NCBI GenBank assembly: GCA_036392095.1
Contig: DASVYQ010000110.1
Span: 1-58,895, forward strand
Direction: 5' to 3'
DNA: 58,895 nt
DNA from: Patescibacteria group bacterium
Lineage (GTDB): Bacteria; Patescibacteriota; Microgenomatia; Levybacterales; UBA12049
Position numbers and translations under genes: made by a program. Within the stretch, counting starts at the first letter, position 1, and each line of letters begins with the position of its first letter. This document shows, piece after piece, positions 26,840-36,730 of the stretch. Below the pieces are notes generated by a model. That model worked only from the letters and a program-made list of their open reading frames with translations, searched no databases and was not told where the DNA came from.

Positions 26840-29800
26840 TTAATTTACAATCAGCCAGTTAAACTGTGTGGCTGTCGCATTTGGCTGTGGAATGCCAACA
26901 GTAAAGCTGATTCCTGGAACTTGCCTCATTAAGACTGGAATCTGGCCAGTATCTCCAACAGGCGTAATGTAGATAAGTGATTTATCGGTAACCAATGGAT
27001 TATCTATGGTAATTTCTTTCTGATAAGAATTAATTTGGGTTGTTCCTGCAGAACCGGTTGCCTGTACTTCTGTATCAGAAACAGCATAGGCAGGTGGGGC
27101 AAGTTCTAGATTAAGTTTGGCAACAGTTGCAGTTCCGCTTGCAACAACATCTCCAAGTTGGTTAACTGCGAAAACAGCAGAACCGGTTGCATTGGTTACT
27201 TTGAATTGAGATGAAGGGTTTGGATTATTACTGTCTCCAAGTTGTACAGACAAGTCTTGGTTAGGAAGTGGAGAAAGAACTTTTACTGCTAGGGAACTAT
27301 TAAAGACTGCTTTTCCATTAACTGTTAAGTTTCCGTTTTGGTCAATTTTTACTTGTCCTGCTGCTATTGAAACGCCTCCTTGTGCCAAAGGCTGCAACTG
27401 TAAGTCTCCTCCTAAGACATTAATACTGTTATCAGAAAGAATAAATTGTGCACCAATAGAGAGTTGTCCTGTAATTGTTGTGTCAGATAGAGATGTTGGA
27501 CCAAGTGACATAAGTCCTTGAGCAAACGTTGCAGTGGTTGCTGACAGTTGTGGAACATATGCCAAATATGCTGAGAAGCTTGCTAAATTGGTATATCCGC
27601 CTGGCAGTGTCGGAGAATAACTGCTAGCGAGATTTTGTGCACTTGCAGTACCAGCATTTGCAATGTCAGAAGACGGAGTTGCGAAATAAATATTCGTGAC
27701 GTTTGTAATGTTTTGAGCAGATAATGTACCCACTGCTGCAGAAAGTCCATCTATTTCATTAGCCACGATTCTTCCGGCATGAAGAGTCCCGGAGACTGTT
27801 GCATCAGAATTTACTGCAAGATTTTCTGAATTTAGCGTTCCGCTGAATGTTGCGTTGCCGGAATTGTCAATTTGGGCAACAACTGCGCTGTTTGTTGTGG
27901 TGCCATTTCTTATAGAAAGTGTATTATCTTCAAAAGAAAGAGAAATATTCCCGGTGTTACTAAGCGGAGAAATTATGTTGGTATGTATGGTATCTATCTC
28001 GGCAAGCGGGGAGATAATGTGAGTGCTACTCACTAACCCGGCATTTTGCACAACAGTAATAATATAATCCTGTAGTGACTGTCCTGCGATAGTAATATTA
28101 TTGGTTGCAACAGCCAAAGAATTGGTTGCAATATGTTGTGCTTGTACAAACCCTGCTTGTAAGGATGCAATAAGTGCTTGACTGTATGTGTCTACATGAG
28201 TCACAACATTTCCAAGGTTATCTAAAATCTGATAGGCAGTTGCGCCAATTTGCTGGAGACTAAATTCATTAGTATTGGCAAGCTGCGAATTAGGGTTATA
28301 TTCTCCAGTTTGCATGTATACATAAATAAGCCCGCAAACAACGCCGGGTGGAGCATCAGACGGACAGACAATTTGCTGCCCCAAGTTATGCGCTGGGTCA
28401 AAGTCTTCTAACGCCGGACCAATAGTAACTCCATCTTGAGTTGCTTTCATACCAATTCCAGGAATACTACTTGAAGTAATTCTATCTCCTGAGTGGATTG
28501 GACCATTTATGGTCGATACTTTGGTTGGAACTTTTCCAATTTCTGCAACGGCTGGATGCAATGGTTCTGCTGTGTAGCCTCCTGCCATAAGTCCTACAGA
28601 ATTTCCTTCAATAGTAATAGCTGGATTAGTAGAAACAACACCTAGCAGCCCTTTGTCATAGGCAACGGCTGCTTTTTTAACTAATTTTCCTGTTGTGTCT
28701 ACGTTTGCAGAAGCTGAGGAATCATTATCTATGGTAATAATATCTCCTTTGTCTGTTGCAGATGATGCATGATAATACTCAGCCACGTCACCGCAGGTGT
28801 TAGAACCAATATTAAGACATGCTGCTCCTACCTGAAGAATCTTAGGATCGGCATTAAAACAGCTAATACAAACATGTTGGTTTTTCTGTACGTTAATGGT
28901 TGGTGGGGAGGTATGTCCGGTATCGGTAATATATAAATTACTGGTTGAGGTAACAAATGCTTCATAAGAAGATCCTGCGCTCCAGACAACTCCCGATGTT
29001 CCTCCAACAGTTACTTTGCCAGAAAAGCTTGCATTTCCAGCTGCAGATATCCAAGCATGTTCGGCGGCATTTGTTGTACCTTGAGAACATCCTCCGTTGG
29101 CACAAGAACCTCCCCAAATACTAAAGGTTTCTGAATCATCATTGTCATCTTGCAAATAGACACGCAAATCAAAAGTATTTGTTGCACAACCACCATTTTG
29201 TGTTGAACAAGCATAAATAAATCCGTTATCATTATCAGAAGATGGGAAGTTAATCATACCGTAGTCCCCGGAGATTGTCCCTGTACCAACAGTTAAGTCT
29301 CCATAGACATCTAACTTACTTCTAGGCGTTCCTGTTGTACCAATACCTACATTGTTTCCTTGGCTGTTAAGAAGCAATGGTTTACTGTTCCAGGTTTGCA
29401 TATAGCCAAAAGATGCATCAGAACCAAGAGTAATATCGCTTGCATTTGTGTTGCCTGCGGAAAAAGCGTATGTACTTGACGTGGCAGCGGTAAGAGTTCC
29501 TCCTTTAACAGTAAGAGGATTTGGTTCACTTGTAGTGCCAATACCTACATTCCCATTACCATCTAATCGTATACCACTTGTAGCATTCATCCATGGAGCA
29601 ATTACTAAGCCATTTGCAGTGCCAATTGATTGGCCGCCATAGATAATTTGATTGTCATTAGCAACAGTAATACTGTTAAAGGAACCTCCACCAACTGCAG
29701 CGCCTACCCAAACTTGTTGCGTTGTACTATTTATATGCATATAAGTTGCACCTGAATTATAAACTTCTAATTTTTGGTCAGGAGCTGTTGTTCCAACACC

Positions 29801-32800
29801 AACACTTCCGGCAACTGCCATAGCTGTAGTAAGAGCGTTAGGATCTAAGAAGTAATTCGTATTATCTAAATCATAAAAGCTTCTTGCTTGCAGTTGTCCA
29901 GAAGATTTAACAGTAAATTCTGTTTGACCAGAGTAAGAAGCTGTAATAATATCTCCATTTGTTCCAGCAAGATTGGGTTGATTAACCACTAATTCAGCAT
30001 TTCCAAGATTTGCTGTTGTGCCTATACCAACGTTGCCTGTTGGATCAACATATAAACGGCTTATACCACTGGTTGCAATATCATAGGTATTATTGTCTTG
30101 CTCAAATGGTCTGTCAGAAATTTCAGGCATAGAAACCTGCATTGTTCCACCGGTATTGTAGTTAACAATAATAAGCGGTTTAATGTACCGTGTTCCAACA
30201 GGGAAGGTTGTATTTGCTGTTCCTTCACCTTGGACCTTGCCATAGTACCAGGTTCCAGAGGCAGTTGGGTTTTGTGCGCTTGCAATAAAGTAGCCATAGG
30301 TACCGCCATTGCCATGTAAAACGTTTAGATTTTGGTCGTATGCAATATATCCTGCATAAAATGTACCAGTCCCAGATGTTCTTACCGCCCAAATACGGCC
30401 ATAATAGGTTCTTTGAGGATCAACTGGAATAAGTTGATCAATATAATACCAGCCCGCTAAAGAAGAATTAGTAAATTGATGCACAATGCCTGTTGGAACA
30501 GCACTGTTTGTAGCAACTGTTGTAATTGTTGCTGCTTGTCCGGTAATAAGTTTCCAGAAAGAAGTTGAATTGCTCCAACCATCTGCAGATAGTGGGATCA
30601 TGTTTGCTCCAGCTACGCCTCCAATTTGATCTCTCGTGTAGCCGGTTGATCGAATATCTCCGTTTACATCAAGTGTATATTGTGCGCTATTTGTAGCAAT
30701 ACCAACTTTTCCTGCAAAAATTGCACTACCAGTTGCATTAATAACTAGTCCTGCATTATATCCAGCAGGTGAGGGAACAACAGGAGATGATGTAGTTGCA
30801 ATATATACTCCTGGATAATTTCTTCTTTCAGCTTGTGCGCCCCATAGATAGTAGGTTGAGTTTAAAGACCATAGCTTTATTTGGAATCCTCGTGGAGAGC
30901 CTGATGCTGTAAGATTATTTGTTGAATAGGTATATCTTTTCCATGTGGTTGTAAGTGTAAATATATTGCCAGAATTAGAATCATTGGCTCCAAGTTGAAC
31001 CGATTCGCCACCAACAGCCCCTTTAAGCCAGATAGAAACGGTATATGGTCCGGAATTAGGGAATGATGTTATATTTTGAACATATCCTTGCGATGATCCA
31101 ACCGGCCAAGAGCTAGGTGTAATTGCTTGCGTTGCAGTATAGGTTCCATCTGGTGCAGCACTTTGTGTTGCATTGTCAGTTGTTGTTGGTAAACTCCAAT
31201 ACCCTGAATATGCAGATCCGCTAAATGCTCCTTGTGAATAAATCATAAGGTTTTCATAATTTCCAATTCCTCCAAATGGAGTATTTTGTCCGCCAATTTG
31301 TTCTATGCCTCCAGTTGCGGTTACTCTAAAAAGATTAGTAAATGTTGAATCATCAAATGCTGCTAAATCTGTTGTATTGCCATTAGCCAAACTTAAGGAG
31401 GTATTACCGGCAACTTCTAATTTTGCTATTGGACTTGCAATACCAATACCTACAGTACCGTTGGTAACAGGTGTTGAAGAAACTGTGTTTCCGTTATATA
31501 GTCCTGTACCATATATTAAGTTACCAATATTTAACTGTTGATTGCTTGTATTGGATGGCAAATCTACATTTTGGCCTAAGGCAATGTTATAATTTCCAGA
31601 GCTAAGATCATATCCTGCTTGATAACCTAAAAGAGTATTGGCTGTACCTCCAGTATTATAACCTGCTTTATAACCAAGCTGGGTTGAATTAGTGGGTAAA
31701 GAATTTGCCGCCCAACTTGTTTCATAACCGACAAATACATCATTAGAATAAGCTCCAGTCACATTTCCATAACCTGCTCCATAACCAACTGCTACTGAAT
31801 TTGCACCTGCTGTATTTATATTGAGGGCTAACGATCCAATAGCTGTATTATAACTTCCAGTTGTATTTCCATTTAAGGATTGTTGACCAATGGCAGTATT
31901 GTCTTGACCCGAAGTATTTAGGGTAAGTGCTGTAGCTCCTACTGCAGTATTATCAATCCCACTCGTATTAAGCTTTAATGCCTGATATCCTATTGCAGCA
32001 TTAAGTTGCCCAGAGGTGTTATTTTGAAGTGAGTAATTTCCAAGCCCAACATTATCATTACCTGTTGTAACAGATAATCCAGAATTGACACCAATAAATG
32101 AATTATTAAGTCCCGAGCCACCTGAGCGTAATTCTAAACCGGCTGTACCATCGCTATTTAAAAGTTTTGCAACAGGAGCTGAGTTACTTGTTAATTGTTT
32201 TACAGAAACACTGGTTATTGTTCCATACCAATTATTACTTGGCTGAAAAATTAATGAACCAGCTCCTGCAGCAGTAATTATTTCTGTATCTGTACCTGAT
32301 TGACTAGGTCCGTCTGCATAAGCGTTATTTGCAGCTGTTGACCCAAAGCTAAAAGTAATACTTCCCGATGAAGAAGCAGTTGATGTATAGGCAAATGAAA
32401 TCTGATAGGTATTACCCGAGGCAGGTGCTGCACTTAGTGCACTATTTGTAAGTGTTAAATTGTTTGCTCCAACAGTATCTTTTTGTGCAAATCCGTTCCC
32501 AATAATATGCCATGAAGTTGAGTCAGTCCAATTGCCGGTATTAGAAGAGAATGTCCGGTCAGCTGCATTGGTAATCATTTCAGCGCCTAAACCTGCTATT
32601 GAATTTGCATTCCCCTGAACAGTTAAATTTGCCGTCGGATTGGTTGTTCCGAGGCCAACATAACCGGTATTTGCAATGTAAAGTGCCGGTTTACTTGTTG
32701 TAATGCCTGCATTGCCTCCAACTGAGTTATAAAAACCAAGAGATCCGTTATTAAGCAGGTTAACCTGACTTGCGCTTCCTGTAAAAGTCAAATAGCCAGA

Positions 32801-35800
32801 GGTGGAGGCTGTACCTGCAGGAATACTGCCATTTGCCAGGCCAAATACTTGGAATGCACTTCCTGTACCCGTTCCGCCAACAGCTAGATCAAGTGCAGAC
32901 CATGTTGGGGAGAGAACTGATCCATTTAATTGCCAATATCCATCGGTTCCTCCTGTAATTGGTGTATGGATGTTTTTTACATATAAATTGTTCCATGCAT
33001 CGCCAGGTGCGCCAATATTTGCAGAGCCATCACTTCCGGGTAAGATATTGCCAGAGGTATCGATAGATGTTTTTACAGCTGTTGCACCTGTACTGTTAAC
33101 TAAAAGACCTGAATTTACCTGCAACTGTGTTGCAACACCTTGTAAAACTACACTGTTTGGTAGGGTAAAGGAGCCTCCGATAGTCAAGCTGCCTGCATTG
33201 GTAATAAAGTTGGTTCCGCTAAAGAATTGAATATTACCTCCGCTTGAGGTTGTGCCAAGAGTAACTGTGCCTGTTCCTGCATAAATAGCTAAAGGATTAT
33301 TACTAGTTGTTGTTAAAACAGGATTTGTGCCAGAGAAGGTGGTTGTTAAACTATTTATGAATAAGTTACTTCCTGTACCCCCATTAAGAGGTGAAAGTGT
33401 TATGTTTCCGGTTGTATTACCACCAATAGTTATATTATTATTTTGTGCTCCTTGAATTGTTCCATTCCCAATAAGAGAAAGAGCTCTGTTTGTTCCATCT
33501 TGTGCAGAAACAGATGCTGTTGGTGTGCCTCCTGAAATATTCAATACTGCAAATTTAGCTGATTGGGTTGCATTAGTTGTATCTGTTACTCCAACTAAAA
33601 CATCTAATGTATTATTAATAGGATATAAGGTTCCATTTGCAGAATTTAAGACCCAATTGGAACCTCCGGTTCCAGATCCGCAAGCACCCCAGGTTGGTGT
33701 ACCTCCGCCAGTTGATTGCAAACATTGATTTGTTCCGCCTGCAGTTGTTTGTGTAAATACACCATTTGAATCTGTAAAGAATATTCCGCCACCAGTTTTG
33801 TATTTGGTCGATGCTAATGTGCCGTCATTTTCAATAGTAAATCTGGTTGTTCCAGAAGAGGAAGCAGAGAATATGTCTCCACTCCCAGAAAGATTTTGTT
33901 GATTAACAACTAATGCTCCATTGCCATAGGTAGTTGTACCAATGGTTACTGTTCCATAAGGTTGCAACGTTACAAGGGTGCCAGAATCCCATGTATTGCC
34001 ATATGTGGTTTGTAATCTAATCCCATGGCTGCTAGCTCCTTGAAATATTGCATACTGTCCATCATATCCAATAAATGCTCTATTATTAGCGCTTATATAC
34101 GTTGTTGAATTTGTATTATCTCCCAAAAATACACTATTGCCTGTTTTAGCCACTTGAAGCGGTGCATTAGGAATTGCAGTTCCTACGCCAATATTGCCTG
34201 ATTGGGTTATTACGAATCGTGTTTGGCCAGAAGAAGAGGCAGTAATTAGATCTCCTAAGGTATTTGTAACAATAAAGCCAGCAAAGTTTGTGGTGGCAGC
34301 AACAGTTGCTGCAGGACCGTTAAGATCGCTTCCAAAGGCTTGGAAAGTGGCGGATGCTGTTCCATTTCCACCAACTGCTAAGTCATTGGCAACATTTGAT
34401 GGGGTAATAACATTGTTTGCCAATTGCCAGAAGCCTTCTGTTCCTCCTGCAACCGGCAAATAAATATTATTTGTATTAATCGCTACGCCATAAATATTTC
34501 TCCATCGCAAAGTAGAGGAGCCTAAGTCAAAAAGATTGTCGTTGTTTGGACCAACATGTCCTGCAACTTGTAATTTAAAACTGGAAGGATTTGTTGTTCC
34601 AATACCAACTGAGCCTGCAACAACCAAAGAATTCCCGACAGAATTAGGATCTAAGAAATATGCGGTATTATTAATATCATAAAAGCTTGCTGCTTGTACT
34701 TGTCCGGTGTTATCTACAGTGAATTTAGCAGTTCCAGAGACAGAAGCGCTAATGAGCGGACCTGTTGAATCCTGCTCTATAGTAAAGGCTGATTGACCAC
34801 TTGATGTAGCAAGGATTGAGGCAATAGAGTCGATTTCTACTGCTCCTAAGGCAGTACTTATATTTCCGGTAAATGATGTATTTTGTAATGGTCTGAATAC
34901 GTCTATTTTCCCGAGGCCGTCTGGATTTAATTGTATGTCTCCATTGCTTCCTGCATTGGTTGCAAGTATTGTCGTTTGACCGGTTAATTTAATATTGCTT
35001 GATGTTGCTTGAATGGTCGTTGTTGGATTAGTTGAACCTGGAATAGCCACAACTCCGGAGGAGTTAAGGGCTAGCACTGCATTTGCATTACTGACAACTG
35101 AAGCATCTGTAATGGGCGGCAAGCCTTGTAGGACTTCGGCATTCGTTGCATAGGCAACTGTTGCAATTTGTTGTCTGGGGGTTAATTCTGGTGTGCTTTC
35201 TACGGTTACTCCCATGTATAATCCACTATTTTGCGCAAAAAGACTTTGCGGGATTCCACAAGCTCCAGTTGCCGGACTGCTTGGAGGATTGCCGCTGTTG
35301 CAAAGGGTAGCATTGCCGCCGGTACCGTTACTTCCTAAAAGCAAAGAAAAAATTCCGTCTGTATCTGGACTTACTCTATCGACCTCTTCCCATAAACGGG
35401 CACCAGCTGAGGCTGTCGGATCGTTGTAGATAACAAATCTTAAGTTGGTTGCAGTGGTAATAGGGTTACCGTTATTGTCAGTCAGTCTTCCTTGAAAAGA
35501 TAAAATTCGCAAAGGCGCCACTGGGGCAGCTGCCAAAACAGGTGATTTAGCACCTCGGCTTCCAATAAGAGCATAGTAAGCAGTAAATCCAATAACTGTT
35601 GAAAGAACAATTAAGACAGCCAAATTAAAATATCTGGCTAATGCTAGAGTATGATATCTTCTATACCATTCTGGTCTAGTAAATCTTACATGAAACCATA
35701 CTTTTTGAAACCAAGTAAAGTTTTTGGTAGACATTTTGGTTGGAGCATATAATTCTTTTGGTAAATTAGTAACCCGAGATGGCTTTTTTATAACAAAGCG

Positions 35801-36730
35801 TGATAATTTTCTGTCAAAAACAGGTTTGCCTCGTAATTCCCAGATTCGATTTGAGGCCAAATTTATCAGAGAGAACAGCCAAGTGACAATAATTTTTTCA
35901 ATCAAGAAATCTAGTCCTGACAGGCTTTTTTGAAGTAATCGAATTGGAGGAAATGGAGAATAGCTTGGTGCAGCTTGCTCTTCTTTAACCCTTGGTTTCT
36001 CAGTTACTATAACAGGTGTTTCCTTAGATAAAATAGCCTCAATTGTGCTCTGAGAAAGGGTTGTTACTTCTGGTTTTTTCACAAAACTAATATGTGCTTT
36101 AGAATCAGTAATGATTCCTTGTTCTTTTGCCCATGAAAGATATTTGCGTAAAGAAGAAAGTTTTCTGTTGATTGAGCTTGCAGAGAAGATGTTTTGACTA
36201 TACAAACGATCTCTGTATGTCTCTAACAGCTTATTAGAAACACTGTTTAATATTTCTTGATCAGTTACGTCTTGTCCGTTTTCATTTTTTGCAACTTCTT
36301 TTGCCCAGGCAAAAAATTGTTTTACATCAATGATATAGTTTTTTATAGTTAGAGCAGAAGCGTTATAGACATACAAAAAGTTTTTAAAAGCTTTTAGCCT
36401 AAAAGGATCTGCTTCTTCAATTGTTTCTTTCGGAGTGTCAGAAAAAGGATCATGTGAAATAATTCCTTCGATTTTTAAGAAGTGAAAAAACTTACGAAGC
36501 GAAGAAACGTAGCGCTCAATAGAACTGATTGCTGTTTCTGAAGCAAAAGCATCTTTAAACTGTTGGATTGTCTCATAAGAGACTTCTTGTGCTTTAAATT
36601 CTTGGTTAAATGTGTTCTGAAACCAAGAAATAAATTTTCTAATATCTGCCAAATAATTTTTCACAGTTAATTGTGACGGAGAATTTTGTTGAGAAAGTAA
36701 ATATTTTTTAAAAAGATCTAGTAAATACAT
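26840..36730 (-). CDS. Giant (~3,300 aa) single-pass membrane / surface fibre protein
   Basis: The reading frame is uninterrupted. The longest ORF starts at a TTG at 36847. I prefer the ATG at 36730 (MYLLDLFKKYLL...) because two TATAAT hexamers (36787-36782 and 36778-36773) lie inside the extension. Residue numbers below count from 36847. The layout is two Phage_int_SAM-like domains (aa 40-250), a TM helix (aa ~404-429), then Gly/Thr/Asn/Ser-rich tail-fibre-like repeats. Confidence 0.9.
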   Translation of the reverse strand: MYLLDLFKKYLLSQQNSPSQLTVKNYLADIRKFISWFQNTFNQEFKAQEVSYETIQQFKDAFASETAISSIERYVSSLRKFFHFLKIEGIISHDPFSDTPKETIEEADPFRLKAFKNFLYVYNASALTIKNYIIDVKQFFAWAKEVAKNENGQDVTDQEILNSVSNKLLETYRDRLYSQNIFSASSINRKLSSLRKYLSWAKEQGIITDSKAHISFVKKPEVTTLSQSTIEAILSKETPVIVTEKPRVKEEQAAPSYSPFPPIRLLQKSLSGLDFLIEKIIVTWLFSLINLASNRIWELRGKPVFDRKLSRFVIKKPSRVTNLPKELYAPTKMSTKNFTWFQKVWFHVRFTRPEWYRRYHTLALARYFNLAVLIVLSTVIGFTAYYALIGSRGAKSPVLAAAPVAPLRILSFQGRLTDNNGNPITTATNLRFVIYNDPTASAGARLWEEVDRVSPDTDGIFSLLLGSNGTGGNATLCNSGNPPSSPATGACGIPQSLFAQNSGLYMGVTVESTPELTPRQQIATVAYATNAEVLQGLPPITDASVVSNANAVLALNSSGVVAIPGSTNPTTTIQATSSNIKLTGQTTILATNAGSNGDIQLNPDGLGKIDVFRPLQNTSFTGNISTALGAVEIDSIASILATSSGQSAFTIEQDSTGPLISASVSGTAKFTVDNTGQVQAASFYDINNTAYFLDPNSVGNSLVVAGSVGIGTTNPSSFKLQVAGHVGPNNDNLFDLGSSTLRWRNIYGVAINTNNIYLPVAGGTEGFWQLANNVITPSNVANDLAVGGNGTASATFQAFGSDLNGPAATVAATTNFAGFIVTNTLGDLITASSSGQTRFVITQSGNIGVGTAIPNAPLQVAKTGNSVFLGDNTNSTTYISANNRAFIGYDGQYAIFQGASSHGIRLQTTYGNTWDSGTLVTLQPYGTVTIGTTTYGNGALVVNQQNLSGSGDIFSASSSGTTRFTIENDGTLASTKYKTGGGIFFTDSNGVFTQTTAGGTNQCLQSTGGGTPTWGACGSGTGGSNWVLNSANGTLYPINNTLDVLVGVTDTTNATQSAKFAVLNISGGTPTASVSAQDGTNRALSLIGNGTIQGAQNNNITIGGNTTGNITLSPLNGGTGSNLFINSLTTTFSGTNPVLTTTSNNPLAIYAGTGTVTLGTTSSGGNIQFFSGTNFITNAGSLTIGGSFTLPNSVVLQGVATQLQVNSGLLVNSTGATAVKTSIDTSGNILPGSDGSANIGAPGDAWNNLYVKNIHTPITGGTDGYWQLNGSVLSPTWSALDLAVGGTGTGSAFQVFGLANGSIPAGTASTSGYLTFTGSASQVNLLNNGSLGFYNSVGGNAGITTSKPALYIANTGYVGLGTTNPTANLTVQGNANSIAGLGAEMITNAADRTFSSNTGNWTDSTSWHIIGNGFAQKDTVGANNLTLTNSALSAAPASGNTYQISFAYTSTASSSGSITFSFGSTAANNAYADGPSQSGTDTEIITAAGAGSLIFQPSNNWYGTITSVSVKQLTSNSAPVAKLLNSDGTAGLELRSGGSGLNNSFIGVNSGLSVTTGNDNVGLGNYSLQNNTSGQLNAAIGYQALKLNTSGIDNTAVGATALTLNTSGQDNTAIGQQSLNGNTTGSYNTAIGSLALNINTAGANSVAVGYGAGYGNVTGAYSNDVFVGYETSWAANSLPTNSTQLGYKAGYNTGGTANTLLGYQAGYDLSSGNYNIALGQNVDLPSNTSNQQLNIGNLIYGTGLYNGNTVSSTPVTNGTVGIGIASPIAKLEVAGNTSLSLANGNTTDLAAFDDSTFTNLFRVTATGGIEQIGGQNTPFGGIGNYENLMIYSQGAFSGSAYSGYWSLPTTTDNATQSAAPDGTYTATQAITPSSWPVGSSQGYVQNITSFPNSGPYTVSIWLKGAVGGESVQLGANDSNSGNIFTLTTTWKRYTYSTNNLTASGSPRGFQIKLWSLNSTYYLWGAQAERRNYPGVYIATTSSPVVPSPAGYNAGLVINATGSAIFAGKVGIATNSAQYTLDVNGDIRSTGYTRDQIGGVAGANMIPLSADGWSNSTSFWKLITGQAATITTVATNSAVPTGIVHQFTNSSLAGWYYIDQLIPVDPQRTYYGRIWAVRTSGTGTFYAGYIAYDQNLNVLHGNGGTYGYFIASAQNPTASGTWYYGKVQGEGTANTTFPVGTRYIKPLIIVNYNTGGTMQVSMPEISDRPFEQDNNTYDIATSGISRLYVDPTGNVGIGTTANLGNAELVVNQPNLAGTNGDIITASYSGQTEFTVKSSGQLQARSFYDLDNTNYFLDPNALTTAMAVAGSVGVGTTAPDQKLEVYNSGATYMHINSTTQQVWVGAAVGGGSFNSITVANDNQIIYGGQSIGTANGLVIAPWMNATSGIRLDGNGNVGIGTTSEPNPLTVKGGTLTAATSSTYAFSAGNTNASDITLGSDASFGYMQTWNSKPLLLNSQGNNVGIGTTGTPRSKLDVYGDLTVGTGTISGDYGMINFPSSDNDNGFIYACSTQNGGCATNTFDLRVYLQDDNDDSETFSIWGGSCANGGCSQGTTNAAEHAWISAAGNASFSGKVTVGGTSGVVWSAGSSYEAFVTSTSNLYITDTGHTSPPTINVQKNQHVCISCFNADPKILQVGAACLNIGSNTCGDVAEYYHASSATDKGDIITIDNDSSASANVDTTGKLVKKAAVAYDKGLLGVVSTNPAITIEGNSVGLMAGGYTAEPLHPAVAEIGKVPTKVSTINGPIHSGDRITSSSIPGIGMKATQDGVTIGPALEDFDPAHNLGQQIVCPSDAPPGVVCGLIYVYMQTGEYNPNSQLANTNEFSLQQIGATAYQILDNLGNVVTHVDTYSQALIASLQAGFVQAQHIATNSLAVATNNITIAGQSLQDYIITVVQNAGLVSSTHIISPLAEIDTIHTNIISPLSNTGNISLSFEDNTLSIRNGTTTNSAVVAQIDNSGNATFSGTLNSENLAVNSDATVSGTLHAGRIVANEIDGLSAAVGTLSAQNITNVTNIYFATPSSDIANAGTASAQNLASSYSPTLPGGYTNLASFSAYLAYVPQLSATTATFAQGLMSLGPTSLSDTTITGQLSIGAQFILSDNSINVLGGDLQLQPLAQGGVSIAAGQVKIDQNGNLTVNGKAVFNSSLAVKVLSPLPNQDLSVQLGDSNNPNPSSQFKVTNATGSAVFAVNQLGDVVASGTATVAKLNLELAPPAYAVSDTEVQATGSAGTTQINSYQKEITIDNPLVTDKSLIYITPVGDTGQIPVLMRQVPGISFTVGIPQPNATATQFNWLIVN

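Noticed and set aside
27000-36000. Numerous 64-142-aa ORFs inside the giant gene, antisense or in alternate frames (for example 32802-33230, 34194-34463 and 31305-31541)
   Set aside because: Pro/Val/Ala-rich translations are what the reverse complement of Gly/Thr/Asn-rich repeat codons produces. The sense frame is open for 10 kb.
36104-36730. Possible phage or ICE integrase marking a mobile element
   Set aside because: Only core-binding-like domains are present, fused in frame to the fibre. There is no catalytic R-H-R-Y region, no flanking direct repeats and no other phage genes. It is reported as a domain-architecture finding instead.
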